64,000 nt of DNA from the NCBI RefSeq assembly GCF_009914755.1, contig NC_060942.1, one strand, 5' to 3'. Under the pieces are notes generated by a model. The model saw nothing but the letters and a program-made list of their open reading frames with translations. It did not search any database and was not told where the DNA came from. The position numbers and the translations under genes were made by a program. Shown here piece by piece: positions 25,744 through 40,150 of the stretch (the stretch's first letter is position 1; every line of letters starts with the position of its first letter). Source of the DNA: the human T2T-CHM13v2.0 reference genome, Homo sapiens.

Positions 25744-27606
25744 ATTTTTCTGGAACACTGTTTCATCCTGAATTTAGGGTTCCTTTGTATAGTGAACTGG
25801 ACAAGATCATACACCTAGCACCAACTGCCTAGGTTTAAATCCTGGCTCTCCATGTCCTAGTGATAAGGTTGGGAGAAAGTGACTATTTCCGTAAGGCTTT
25901 GCCTTGATATTTTTTAAAGGGTAATTATAGAATGTACTAAAATTGTTACTGACTGAGACTCAGTAAGTGCTCTATCAGTGTCAGCTATTATTACTATATA
26001 CCTTATTATTTTAATTTCCTTCTATTCATATACCCTTTCTCATCTCATTACTGGTATCATGTATTTCCTTCTCCTTCTCTTTTAAAATTATATAGGATCT
26101 GTAGGAATGTATATATTTTGCTGTTTTGTTTTGCCAAATGTATATGAGGAAACAAGAGGGATGACTGAGGAAGTTGACTTTGCAAGGAAGTGATTCTAAT
26201 GGCTGACTAAGGAGTTTAAGCTGGATAAGCTGGGGAGTGAGGCCATGGTGGTGATTGAATTGAAAAGATCATGGGATTCACAATGGTTGGTGATCTTGGT
26301 GGAGTTAAAAGAGTGCTGAAACAGACACTCAATGGAGTAAACTGGAATGACAGGAGGCATTTCAACGGGACTTTATGAAAACAGCTTTAATGGGAGATGT
26401 GAACTTTGATTATTTGGATACCTTTCTTTTGGAACATAGTTAATTCCTCAATAATAAAAGACGGTGCCTTACAAATAAAAGACACACATTTATTGTTGCT
26501 GATCACAGTGTTTTGAAAAATAAAAAATGATCTTACAGTGTTTTTAAAATAATGTAATTAAAAGTTCATTCTGATATATTTATTGTACTTGCTTCTTGGG
26601 AGAACTTAATTTTTGGAAAGAAATATAGTAATCTAATTTTGTGACTTAAAAATACTGTACATATAGTAACAGATTTTGTGTTAATTTCCCTTTTGAATTT
26701 CAGTTTCTACAGATTCAAATGCCAGAAATATGTAATACCCAAAGTATCTGATGCTGTGCTAAGAAAGACCACATAGGAAATCCTGTTTAATTTTCCAAAG
26801 AAATCCTTTCTGCTTATTGTGTTTTCCAGGCGCACATCTTATTAGCTTATAAGCTCATTGCCTTATCTTTATTACTTTCTCCAGCCCCATAAAGAGAGAA
26901 AATAGAAACTAGAGAATTATATGTAAGTTCACAGTTTGATAACCTTTGTCTCCTGTGAATTCAAGCTTCGTATTGTGGAAACACATCACATTGACATCTG
27001 CAGTATTCATTTGTTTTGATAACTATTATTTCTTGGGCAGAATATGTCACAAAGCTGCCTCTTATGTCACAATGCAGCCAAAAGCATTTTTCTTTAGTGT
27101 GACACTAGAAATTCTGTGAAATAAGCAACAGGATTTTTTGTTTAAGTATACTGTTGCCATTTGCTTCAAGCTATATTTTTCTGTCTTTAAATGTACTACT
27201 TCTAAGAACATAGCTGTGGTTTGCTAAATTGTACTGACTTTGTTTATAAATAGTGAGGCAGATGTCAGCAGAAAATTAGATTTAATGCAGGTCACCATGG
27301 CCTCCTTAGATAAAGAACTTGAAGGTATTGAATGGAAATTGCAGAATGACACAAAGAAAATTGAGATTCAGAGTTCTGAACAACTGGCAGGTGCAACAAT
27401 ATTATTATTGTCTAAGGCATATAAATGTGAAACTTTAAAACAATTATTGATCCTCTTGAAAATTTCAGAAAGATAAGGATTTATAGGAATGTACCTGACT
27501 AGGAAGAAAAAAAGAAAATTGCTTGTGTTTACCAATACCATTCCTGAATCACACGGAAGTGAAATAAACCCATTTGAGTCGGAATTGCCATTTCACTATT
27601 TCCATG

Positions 27607-27981
27607 TGATATGGTTTGGCTCTGGGTCCCCACCCAAATCTCATGTAGAGTTGTCATCCTCAGTGTTGGAGGCCTGGTGGGACGTGATTGAATTATGGGG
27701 GGTGGACTTCTCCCTTACTGTTCTCATGACAGAGTTCTCAGGAGATCTGGTTTGAAAGTGTGTAGGCCTTACCCCTTTGCTCTGTCTCTTTCTCCTGCTG
27801 GCCATCTGAATATATGCCAGCTTCCCCTTCACTTTCTGTCATTATTGTAAGTTTCATGAGGCCTCCCCAGAAGCAGAAGCCTGTGTAGCTCACAGAACCA
27901 TGAGCTGATTAAACCTCTTTTCTTTACAGATTACCCAGTCTCAGGTAGTTCTTTACAGCATTGCAAGAACAGACTAATACA
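27607..27981 (+). mobile_element. MSTA-like MaLR solo LTR
   Basis: TGATATGGTTTGG...AACAGACTAATACA. The flanks CCATG and CCACA are both one CpG-deamination step from a TSD CCACG. Confidence 0.92.
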
Positions 27982-28209
27982 CCACACTTTGTTTTTACAC
28001 TATGTTAATTGTTTGTGGATACTTCATCCATTACATTCAATAACATTTTCCAGCATAAAAAAAAGATAAAAATCTACCTAAAAATTAACAAAGAAGGTAA
28101 AATTCAACTTCAGTCTAAATAATTATTGAACATCTATATTGTCTGGATGAAACTGGCTCATAATGTGCATAATCACCTTTTCAAGAAAAATTATTTGTCT
28201 TCTATGAAA

Positions 28210-28520
28210 GTAAGGCAGTGTAGGGCACTGGAAACAGAGGGATCTAACCCAGCCAACTGTTAGCTCTAAGACGCTGGGCAAACTTCTAAATTCCTCTAAT
28301 GATTATTACTAATATTTATTGAATGCTACTGTGCTTCTCTTACAGTGTCCTACACTTTGAACTCATTTGAATCTCATAATCATTCTCACAACACTCTTAT
28401 AATGTCATTATTTTCATTTTAGGGGAGATGAAACAAAGACACAGAAAGGTTATAATGACATAATTAGTAAGTGCTAGAGTCAGGATGTGAATTGAGGGAG
28501 TATTACCCAGAACCTCTACT
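28210..28520. mobile_element. Two MIR fragments
   Basis: AGGCAGTGTAGGG..CTGGGCAAACTT (+) and CATTTGAATCTCATAA..GATGAAACAAAGACACAGAAAGGTTA (-). Confidence 0.6.
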
Positions 28521-29061
28521 TCTAGCTGGTATACTGCATACATTTCAGCTTTCATGTTTTCCTGTGCAGAAAGGAGTAATTTATAGTGCTGGTAACAATT
28601 AGACATGATAGACATAGAGCCTTTGGCACTGAGTGAAACCTTAGTGAATGGTAACTGCCAGTATTATGGCTCTACACAACTTCCTCTTCTATTGATTTTT
28701 GACATAGAGTAGGGAACAATGAACAATATTTCATTATTTGAGGAGTTCTAGTGTTTAATAAATCTAAAAGCAATTCAGAAATGATTTATTTAATTTATTG
28801 GACCCTATAATTATCTTCTTCTTTCCAAAACCCATCCATAAAGAGATTAGTTTTAAAACATTTCATCATCACCATCATCATCGTCATTATCAATCAACCT
28901 TATCATCTGATTGTGCCAAATAGATTTAGTAAATCATAATCATTTTCATCCTATCGGTTAAAAATGGCAAATATCTGAAGTATTTTTAAGATATAGCAAA
29001 ATTTTGCAGCCACTTCTATAAAACCTGCTAGCAGTATGTTTATGTTTCAAATTGTGTTCCT

Positions 29062-29273
29062 CTGTAATTTAAAACCAGCTAGTAATCCATTGTATTTTTC
29101 TGTAATCAGGTAAAGGAAAAAATAATTGTAGTCTCACTGCTAAAAATTGTTTAGTGGCATTTTTCACAAATATAAAATCTGTCACTTTAATCACTTGGCC
29201 ATCCCATTTGATCTCTAAATGACATACAATTAGCTGAACAAAAGCTAAGCCAGAGATGTATCATGAGAGTATT
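29062..29273 (+). repeat. 212-bp dispersed direct repeat, copy 1
   Basis: Matches 30744-30955 with 7 substitutions and two 2-bp indels. Confidence 0.95.
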
Positions 29274-30743
29274 ACTTACTGGTTCCTTTTAGGAGCCAGA
29301 TTTTTGAATTAATTAATGAATTCTTACATGTGTGGGGTTATTTTCTAAGTTAACAATATCATTTTTATTTACTATTCAATTTATAATGAATCCTGGCTTT
29401 GCAATCATTTTATCATACATATTAGAAGCCAATTCTTTCCTAATTTTAAGTATAGGATAGTGTTTTGTATATTCTTTTACTTTACGCTGCAGGAGTTACA
29501 CCTAAACCTATTAAACATCGTCTTTTCTTCTTTACATGTTTTCCCAAACATTTTGAAGATTAACATTATTTTAAAGTTCCTGTACATCCCACTCTACTAA
29601 ATATCACCTAAAAATTTTTATTAAGTATCACTATGAAAGTATTTATGAAAATATATTGAAAGTTGAAACACATTCTAGAACAACTTGACTTGGCAACTCT
29701 AGTGAAGATCTGAAAACTAGTTCTCTTACTGTTTTCTGGCATCTTCCGTGTCCTTAATACATATGTAGTAAGTGTTCAAAATGCCATTTAAAAGGCTAGA
29801 AAGCAATGCAGTAGGTGACCTAAGAATGCTGTAAACTCTTTATTAGTGTCAAGACCAAATTAAAATTCATTTAAGGTGATAAGTTGGAGTTGTTTTATTA
29901 CATTTTCATGAGTTAACACCCTAAGAGGAGCATGTTTTATGGCCAGAGAGTAATTTGTTATAGAATTTGTCAGGGAAGTAAATCTATGGTTTGCTTAGGT
30001 TCTCTGGTGATGCACCTTGGGAGGGTAACTTCCCTGAAATCACCTTGGTTGAGACTTCTGCTTTTAAAGATATGTTTTACTGTAGCCCATACACATAATA
30101 AGGGACCACCTATACCTAGCTAGCATTGCAGTCAGATACATCATGTCTATTATTGGTAATAAATATTTGTCTTTGCTCTGAAGGTATATAAGGTCAGATG
30201 CTCACATCGTAAGGTTCATGTGTGTAAGTTCAAATCAAGAAGCGTTCAAGTCTTATGAAGTCTGTTTGTAAAAGCAGGTATCTTAATTGCTTCAGAAAAT
30301 ACACAAATCATTTAAGTATTTCCCATGTCAGCAGCAGCAATGTTCTTACTATTTATTGTATGAACTCTTTGGGCCAGGCCCAGGACTCAATATTCACATA
30401 AAATATTGGAAGACTAAGAGAAGATGTTCGTAAACTCAGGCTTGATCATTCTGAAACCAGTTTTTTGTTTGTTTGTTTGTCTCAACGGTTTAATGCATAA
30501 ATATTATCTCAGTGAAAATAAAGTTACTAAAAGGCAGTTGATGAGTCTGTGTTTTCATGAGTAGAACCAGGGGAATTCTGACATATGGAATAGATAGAAA
30601 AAATATGGTCTGATCCCTATATTTCTGGACAAAGTAAAGATGAACTCTGTATTAAAATTCACATCCAAGATGCATCTGACACCCTGACTTTTGACAATGA
30701 CTGATAGCACTGCCAATTCCCAAGCAGAGAAACTTAACACTGC

Positions 30744-30955
30744 CTGTAATTTAAAACAAGCTAGTAATCCATTGTATTTTTCTGTAATCAGGTAAAGGAA
30801 AAAATAATTATAGTCTCACTGCTAAAAATTGTTTAGTGACATTTTTCACAAATATAAAATCTGTCACTTTAATCATTTGGCCATCCCATTTGATCTCTAA
30901 ATGACACAATTCGCTGAACAAAAGCTAAGCCAGAGTTGTATTTCATGAGAATATT
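30744..30955 (+). repeat. 212-bp dispersed direct repeat, copy 2
   Basis: Matches 29062-29273; offset 1682 bp. Confidence 0.95.
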
Positions 30956-31269
30956 CCCACATTCCCCTGACCACTTCAAACCGCCTCTCGGTCCATTCAC
31001 ATTTGCTCCTGTTAATGATTACCAGAGAAAAGAATATATTCACCTTTCTTCATTTCTTTATTCATCAAGTCAGAAAATACATACTAAAAGTCAACCTTGT
31101 AAAGTTTTCATTCAAGACATTAGGAATACAGCTGCAAACAAGCAAAGAAAAATCCATGCTGGCAAAAAGCTATAAGCTGAATGCCTATAACCTAATGGGA
31201 AGAGGCTAAAATATACACAACAAATGAGTAAAATGTTTAATAACTTCCTGATAAATGCTTCCAAGAAAA

Positions 31270-31685
31270 TCGAGGCAGGAAAAACTGGTCTTAACCAAAG
31301 GAAAAATAAACTTTCTCATAGCTTCATGACAGGAGATCGAGGTGCTCATCAAAGTTAGACCCTCACCCTCTCACAGAGACTGAGAAATAGTGGCACTGTC
31401 TTCTTGGATTACTGTATTTCAAAGGAATGGTTCCCAGGTCCTTGAGAAAGACATTCCTGGCATGCAAAACTGGCAAGAGGTTTTTAAAAGATTTCTGTCT
31501 CAAAGAGGCAGTTATAGTTACCAGTTTTCTAAAGTAAATGCTCCAAGGAAAGGAAGGGATGGGGCCTCTGTGGTTAGACTGCCTGGATCTGCAAGGACTG
31601 GTGAGAGGGGTCAGGCCTAGAGGTACCTAGGAAGTTTTTCTAAAGTATAGTCAAGCTGAGGGGAAGTTAAGACTCTTGCTGGCCT
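31270..31685 (-). mobile_element. MER31/MER67-family ERV1 LTR
   Basis: CCCAGGTCCTTGAGAAAGACATTCCTGG..AAAACTGGCAAGAGG..AGTCAAGCTGAGGGGAAGTTAAG. Confidence 0.7.
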
Positions 31686-32078
31686 TATAGACCTGGGTAA
31701 ATACTCTCACGCAGTGAGATGGGCAGTCATTGAAGGGCATGGAGTCCTGCCGAGTCATGGCCTGATTCATATTTGTAGTACCCTGTTTAATCCAGCATTC
31801 ACAACATTTTAGAAAAACAGCAGTGCCAAGAAGCAAAAGAAAACAAAAACAAACAAACAAACAAAAAAGACTCAGAGAAGAGAAATGCCTTCTTCAGGTG
31901 CAGAGAGTCAGAGAGTGCTGATTGAGTGGCAGCCAAGGAAAGACATTTCAGTCGGTTGTTTGCAGATGGATTTAACCCAAAAGTTGTAGCAGTGTCCATG
32001 GTGCTTTAGGGGGATGTTTCTGCTGCTCAGTATGATACTGGTGTAATAATTTATAAATAATTCACCTTCCTAAACTTT

Positions 32079-32391
<313 letters not shown>

Positions 32392-32849
32392 TCACCTTCC
32401 TAAACTTTTCTATGGTCTTCAAAGCACTAATGTCCTGGATGTCAAAATCAATCAAGTATGAGGATGAAGAGACTTTGAAAAAGTAGGAATCTTAATAACT
32501 TAATGAAATGAATCTTTTGGGACAGCACTCTTTTTCAATATCATTATCCACAACTTACCTTTGTGTGTAAAATACAGAGATGTCACTTCATAAAACTGCA
32601 TAAAATAGAAAAGATAAAATCCTCATTTTCTCCTTTAAATGAATTTTATGCATAATGTACAAAACAATGTTCCTTAAAATGATTCCTATGGAGTCAATTT
32701 TTACCTTTTACTTCTTTATAAATAAAATTTGAATAAATTTGTTTTATCATACAGTGTTTCCCCAAATTGTCTTCTGTAAACCATTCATTTTTTGCAAGGT
32801 AAATAGCTGGATTGAAGAAAGGGTTGCTGTGTCATCAAATGTTTGGGGA

Positions 32850-33153
32850 GGCTCGGTGTGGTGGCTCACACCTGTAATCTCAGCATTTTTTGGGAGGCTG
32901 AGGCAGGTGGATCACTTGAGGCCAGGAGTTTGAGACCAGCCTGGCAAACTTGGTGAAACCCCATGTTTACTAAAATATAAAACTTATCCAGGTTTCATGG
33001 CCCATGCCTGTAATCCCAGCTACTTGGGGGGCTGAAGCACAAGAATCTCTTGAAACTGGGAGGCAGAACTTGCAGTGAGCCAAGATCACGCCACTGCACT
33101 TCAGCCTGGGTGACAGAGTAAGACTCTGTCTCAAAATATATATATATATATAT
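32850..33153 (+). mobile_element. AluS/J with (AT)n tail
   Basis: Full dimer, diverged. Confidence 0.92.
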
Positions 33154-34412
33154 TTGGGAAATGTTAGAATAAACAGAGTAGGACAATTTTATCTACTCTA
33201 GAGCTCCTCAGAGCAGTTAATGTTTTGATAAGCTATGTTCCTCCAGGAGGGATATGGTATGAAACTTTTCCTAAACTTTTCCTAAACATATTTTGATTTT
33301 TGAATTTTATGAACATATTTGCCTAACATATTTTGATTTATGAATACCTTTGTAAACATCTCTGAGCGTATCTCTAAACTGGAGTTCTGAAGAGGCATCT
33401 AGAAACAATTGTTACATTTGTTGGCTTGGGAATGCCTTAAAACTAGATCCAAGTATGAGAGTAATTCACACCTTCATGTGGGAAAGGCTTGTTGATGGAT
33501 TGGAGTAGGATGCATGTACATTTAAGAGTTAACTGAAGGCTGTGTAAGCTGGAGCTGGTGATGGAACAATATGCAAGCCACAAATATCAAGGCTTAAGTG
33601 CTCAGCAAAAGAGCCCAGCTTATCCAAGTTACAGAGAGCACCTAGCTCCTGGCTGGAGAGATGATCACATAGTAGCAAAAAGTGTCAATTTAGTCACAAA
33701 GGCTGAAATGTTCTAAGGTCTCCTAGCCCATCAGAGGGAATGTTGGGGGTTTGCCAGTTTGAGGATCACGGTTGCTGCCAAATTAACCTGGCAGCTGTTC
33801 TGAGAGAGTTCAGGCAGCTTCATATCTATGCAGAGGTTCATTTGTATGGTGTTGATAGCCTGGCACCCCTGGAGCAATCCAGAAGACTGTTGTGACCTTT
33901 AGTGACACAGCAAGTGGCAATGTTTCAGGAATTTGCTCAGTATATGAGAGTTCAGTTGCCGAAGTTTCGAATAAGATATCAAATATTATAGCTGCTTATT
34001 TTTTTTCAATCATACTCAATGGCCATGAATTATGCTTATGACTGACATGTTGCACATCCCACATATGGTGTCTAATTAAAAGAGCGGCATTCTGACAGGC
34101 TCTTTTGCTCCGACATCTTCCTCTCTTCCTGCATCTGGCACTTTTATTGAAAGAGAAATTTGCAATATAAATGTTTTCTAATGTTAATTTCTTTAGAAGT
34201 GGAATAAAAGCATTATTGAGACTTGGCACTGAGGAACTAGTTAATAGAATGAAAATAATGTTATATCTCCAATCACAACTCAAAGGACTGTTTTTATCTT
34301 AACAGGCTGATCATTTCCACCCTGAAGGACTGACTCCTCCCCCATTTCAAGAGTGGTGGGCAAGTCATCAGGATTCTGCTTCCCAACACAAACCCTCCTT
34401 CAGCCCTATGGG

Positions 34413-34674
34413 TTTTTGTTTGTTTGTTTTTGTTTGTTTGTTTGTTTGTTTGTTTTGAGATAGAGTCTGGCTGTCCAGGCTGGAGTGCAGTGATGCGATC
34501 TCAGCTCACTGAAATTTCTGCCTCCCAGGTTCAAGTGATTCTCCTGCCTCAGCCTCCCATGTATCTGGGATTACAGGTGCTAATTTGTAGTAGAGATGGG
34601 GTTTCACCGTGTTGGCCAGGCTGATGTCGAACTCCTGGCCTCGGGTGATCCACCTGCCTCAGCCTCCCAATGTG
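34413..34674 (-). mobile_element. AluS with internal deletion and 5' truncation, (TTTG)n tail
   Basis: TSD CCTATGG at 34405-34411 and 34675-34681. Confidence 0.9.
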
Positions 34675-37600
34675 CCTATGGTCTTTAACATACCCTCAGC
34701 ACTTCAGCACACTTCCAGCAGAAACTGTAATATACAGTTGACTCTGCATTTGATGGTAGTTTTTTTTAACAATGTGTTAATTCATAATGAAAACCTATTA
34801 GGTTATATAAGCCCACCCTGTACACATAGTCACCTGGCATGTGTCTCTACATGCCAATAACAAGTAACCAAGAAAGGCTAGAAAGACCTAACACTTGACC
34901 ATTTTACATGTGATGTTTCAAAAGCCAACTGGAAAATTGATTATGGGTTTTCTGATTCCATTGTTCCTTTTATTATACTATGCTTCCTTGGAATTAAAAA
35001 AAAGGAATGTCCCACCTTGTCACATTTTAGTTCCCTTGGATTTTTTAACATTTAGTAGCATTTATGTTAAAATGTGTTTCACTTTAAAATTTTTTGCATG
35101 AGTGAGGAAAGCTATATATTTCTTCACTTTCATTCATTCATTATTCATGAAATCAGAACACAAATAGACTGTCAGAATACAGCCAAAGGGCTGAGTGTAG
35201 AGTAAGAAGGTTGCTGTTACCATATAAAGTGCTATAAAAAGTCGAAACAATAATGGCGGATAGATATATAATTCTTCTTGAGAAAAATGTGCCAAGTTTC
35301 ACAAAGCATTAGTCATTATATTCATTTCTATTTTCAAAGCCCCAGGCATTAGTTTGGATTTATTTGTTCTTTGTTGAATGGTCAAATTATACTGTGACTG
35401 CATGTATTGCACTGTATAATACAAATCATTACTGAATTCCCATGAAATGCTTCTGTAAAATACTTCTGGTATTGCTGAACATTTTTTGTCTTACTCAGAA
35501 AAGTATAAATTTATAGGCATTTTCTTAAGATAGCTACTTCAGGCTATAAAAAGTAGATGCCCCAAGTAACTTGCCAAGTTTAGAAATGCAAGTAACTGAA
35601 AAGTAGCTTGGCAAACTAAAGGAGTTCACTCAAATTATTAAATAATTTGCATTCAAGGTGTTATATTTCTTGTTGAATTAGGAGATACTTATTTGCCAGG
35701 ATATTATTCCTATTCATAGCTAAAGATAAGGTATTTTTAGCTATGTCTTCTTAAAAAAAAAAGCGGTTCTCATTTTTGCATTTCAGCATATTTTACAGTA
35801 TTCCTCCCGGATCAAACATCAAGGAAATATATACAAAATGTAGACAATATGAGAAGACATATTTGCTAATTGTCTCTTCATATGGGAAAGTTCTCACAAC
35901 TCCATTAGGGATTTGGAGATGATGTAATTGATAATATATAAGCCCAGTGTCTTTTGAGGCTGCTGGATTCCTTAGAGTATTGCCAGCCAACAAAATCCAG
36001 ACAGTAATTTGAAAGTGGAATTTGAAATACCATCAGATAACGTGTGACCAGCTGGGCCCAGGAGACCTTCAGTGAATAGCATGGTAATTCATGGCACCTA
36101 ACATGAAACTCCAACTTTACCCATCTGTCACTGTTCAACCTCAGTTTGGTCAGCTGAGTCATGTACAGTACATTATCCTGCAAACAGACTAATCGATCTA
36201 ACCTCCCCTCTTTCAGGGCTCTTTCATCATTACTGGGTGAAAAACTCACCCTGCCAAAGGAATGATCAGTATGAACATGTTACTGTAGCTAGAACATGTC
36301 ACAGACTGTTCAGATGTTCTCCACAATATTAGACGTTTGATACCGTGAATACATGCACAGGAAAAAGAAATTGTTCACGTATAAAACCATCTGACTTGAA
36401 AACTACTGCTAACAAATGGACATGTGTACATCCATTAGACAAAGTGTCCGAAAATCCAAGCGCTATCCTCTAGATTTCACAAACCTGTTTCCTGAAAATA
36501 CATTTGTTTATGTAAGCCTGCTTACTTTCATCTCCAATTCTTTTTATCATAAGTCACATTGACTCTATCTGAAAATCTTTATGTTGGTTATGTGACTAAA
36601 TTTTGATTCATTGTATGCCTTAAGCGTTCAAATATTCATATATTTTCTTGACTACATGACTATTGAATAAATGCCATTGTCAAAAACCTTAAATATTTCT
36701 CCTTAAAATTTAAGAAATATTTACCACTATTTGGTAATTTAATAAAATGCATTTGTATTTCCCTTGATGACCATGCAAAAACAGTATAAAAACTTGGTAC
36801 ATACTTTATCACTAACAAACCAGATTTTCTTCATTTGTCTTAGGAGACATATTGGCTCAGCAAATAGACGGTAGAGCCTTTGACAGTGGGAAATTGAGTG
36901 TAACATATAGTGTAATCAACACTTAGGTTTTCTTGCTGTGTGGATCTGAAGAACAGTTTCATGCATTTTCTAGTTTTTAATATATGTAGCTCTCCCATTT
37001 TGTTCTGAGTTTTCCATTTGAAACTTATTATTTACAATTTTCCAAAAGGCTTGAGGTCCAGTATTTTTTTCCCTCTAAAATATTAGAACAGACTTCTAAA
37101 TTCTAGGATTAAGGGATTCTGTTATCTTGAAGATAACATCGGTGTATCAGAATACTGTATATAGGAAGGAACCTGGGTCCACCTCCCCACACGGGTACAA
37201 ATTTTAAATATTTAAGTCACCTGGTGGCCTTTGACAACCAAGATGATTGTAGCAGAAGGTACTGTCCTCTTGACTGGTAGCAAGATGATTAAAAGTAAAG
37301 TCTCCCGAGGTATATTTCTATATTTAGAAGTACACAATTTCAGTAGCCACTTTTCAATATTTTGTTCAAAAACATATATTGATTTATATCTGCATACATC
37401 CTACAAATGCCCATGCAATAAATATAAAAAGAAGCATCATTTGGAGCAAGACAAAATAAGCATTAGAATCCAGCCAATTCAGGAAGCAACAGTAATCTAA
37501 TATTTTCTTTCTGATGGCACTTTGTGTTGCCATCACTTGTAAGACACAAGTACTCATAGAAACCACTGTGATCAGACACCATCCTCTGTGGCCTCCCCTG

Positions 37601-37814
37601 AGTCCTCAGTTTGTATGGGGAACATCATGGTTTAAGCTCACAGCTGTGAATCATAGATTCTCCATGTCTGGTCCATGCATGGACTTTATGGAACCCGTGT
37701 ATTCCCTGACTTCTTTTCTCATTTATGTATCTATGGCTTTCATTGATTTGTCAAGAACTATTGTTTTAATTAATGGTTTTCTTCCCGGAGTACATGTAAT
37801 GTCCTTGTAAGAAT

Positions 37815-38070
37815 AACAATAGCTAATAATTATTAAGTATATTCTACTTGTCAGTATGCCTGTAAGACTTGAATTAATTTATTTTTCTTCACAATAATCA
37901 GATGCAGCAAATAGTATTCACACCGATTTTACAAATGAGAAAATCATGGTAAGATAGTTTAAGAAATTGTCGAAGCTCATACATCTCATTAGTGACAGAG
38001 CAAGAATTCAAATGTCAAAACGCCTATGCAAAGTCTATACTGTTAACCAGAAAGCTAAGCTTTCTGAAAA
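37815..38070 (-). mobile_element. MIR
   Basis: ATTTTACAAATGAGAAAATCATGG..AGTGACAGAGCAAGAATTCAAA. Confidence 0.65.
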
Positions 38071-39264
38071 TGTAGCTGGTTTTATCCTGCAGAACATATT
38101 CTGCCTATGGGTTTCCATGTATCTTCTTAGTATACATATCTTGCAACCAAGGTCTAGCTTATAAGTTATTTTTGCCGTAGTTTAAAATTATTTACCATAT
38201 TTTTATTGAAGGGGGATTTCAAATTTAGTAAAACTAATCAAAAATTTCCTATTTTGTTTTCCTTTAAAGCCTATTTTACACAAAGCAGGACCTATCTAAA
38301 TACATTTTAACTTATGAAACAGAAGTTTACTTATTGAATGAGAGGAAAACGTCTAATTACTCAGTGATGGTCAGGGTGCCCTTTTCACTCTCAAATTCTG
38401 GCAAAATATATGCTTAGTGGAGACAATAAGGAGTATACGTTGAAGAAATGATTGTGAGACCATTTAACAAATATTTCAACTCTAAACAAAAAAGTCCTGT
38501 ACTAAGTACCGAGTAAGGGAAACAGAATTTGAAGTGACCTTTCCCTGGCTCACCAATGGTTTTAGGATTTAGAGGAACAAGAGAGTATAAATATGGAAAA
38601 GTAATATTGAAAGTCTTATAAGAAAACATAAATGAAAAGAGACTATTAATTTAGCAGTGACTTTGATCTAATCATAACTAGAGGAATATAAGAAAGTTAT
38701 CTCCCAAATCAAAAAAAAAAAAGTACAAAATGGTTTCACATCCTCTCCTCTAAAAAATTAGTCCAAACATAAAATCTCTGAAAATGAAATTAATTGACTT
38801 GAGTTCAGCACCGTGTCTAGTACAATGGTAGTATGGTCTTGAGTAAGCCAGTTAGATACCTAGGATTATCTCTCAGTGTGGAAATAATAATACCTCTTCA
38901 CTTACATATCATGAAGGTCACATGAAATTTTCTCTTTGCACAGTTCTAGAACACTTTAAAACTTTAGTGTACTTTTGTACACCATTTTAAAGTAACCCTA
39001 CTCCCCAGCAAAGACATTTAAAAACTGATCATGCTTTTTGCCATGTTAAAAAAATAAGAGTTGTCAAGATACTTGAATTTTAGTCCCGGTAATTTCACAA
39101 TCTAAGTTGTGACTTCAGCATGTCATTTAAGTTTTCCAGTTCACAAGCCAAACAAGTGAATTAGATAAGATGATCTTTAATACTCATTTCTTTTCTGTGA
39201 ATTGAATACTGTGTAAGGAGAGGAGGAAATTTTCATTCACCAGAAATAATGTATTTGATAGTAT

Positions 39265-39450
39265 TTATTTATTCAATAACTATTTATTGGCTGCTGACTC
39301 TTTGCTTGGACTTAGAGAAATGAACAAGAGAAATAAAGCCCAGACCCTGAGAGAACTTTCTAGATGGGGAGACAGACAACAGACAAGTAAACAAATAAAT
39401 AGGTAATTTCAGAAAATAATAAGCACAATGAACAAAAACAAGGCAGGGTA
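39265..39450 (-). mobile_element. L2 3' end
   Basis: ATTTATTCAATAACTATTTATTG..TGAACAAGAGAAATAAAGCCC..CTAGATGGGGAGACAGACA. Confidence 0.6.
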
Positions 39451-39639
39451 AGAGTTTTTTTATTAGCAGATTCCTTTACCATATTACTGGTAAAATTAAA
39501 CATCCTTGGTATTTTGTAATTTTTTCCCCTTTCTTAAAATGTCTTTCCTTCTCAGTAAACTCTTTCGACCTATGTGCTTAATTTCCTCCCCAAGTAATCT
39601 CCTTCTTAATTTTCTCCATGTTCACTGACTTCTTCCTGC

Positions 39640-40150
39640 CGCAGACAGCCAGGCACACCTGTTTCTTATGCTATTTACTGCCGCATCTGCCAGCCCCAGG
39701 TGGGCTCCAGTTGACACAATCCAGGTGCAAACATGCAGTGCACACACTCTGTGGCTCTTAGTTCTGCTCCATGGCTTTCCTGTTGACACCGGGGCTTAGA
39801 ATTCCATGTGACCCTGATGGGTACTTATGCATGGACAACTAGAAAGTGTAGGGATGTTAACGAGCCATAGTATAAACCTTTCTCTAATGCGAGGTGGAAA
39901 CCAGAGATTCGATATTTCTCTTTTTTTTTCTCCTCATATGGATTGGCTTGAGGCACAGTTTTGTGGCATTTTACAAGACAACTGTGCAGGACGTAGAAAT
40001 GTTTTGCTCTGAGATGTGTATAAGCGTAATAATTCATCATTATATTGGCTTTCCCTTTCTTACCTGTCCCTTAGTGCTCCTTCCGTAATTGTCCTATCTA
40101 ATAAAGTAGTACCACTTATGCCTTTGCTTCAGGCTTTGCGTTTTCTAACT
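39640..40150 (+). mobile_element. LTR16-type ERVL LTR (5' LTR of a provirus remnant)
   Basis: Ends CTAATAAAGTAGTACCACTTATGCCTTTGCTTCAGGCTTTGCGTTTT and is directly followed by ERVL leader-like sequence. Confidence 0.55.
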
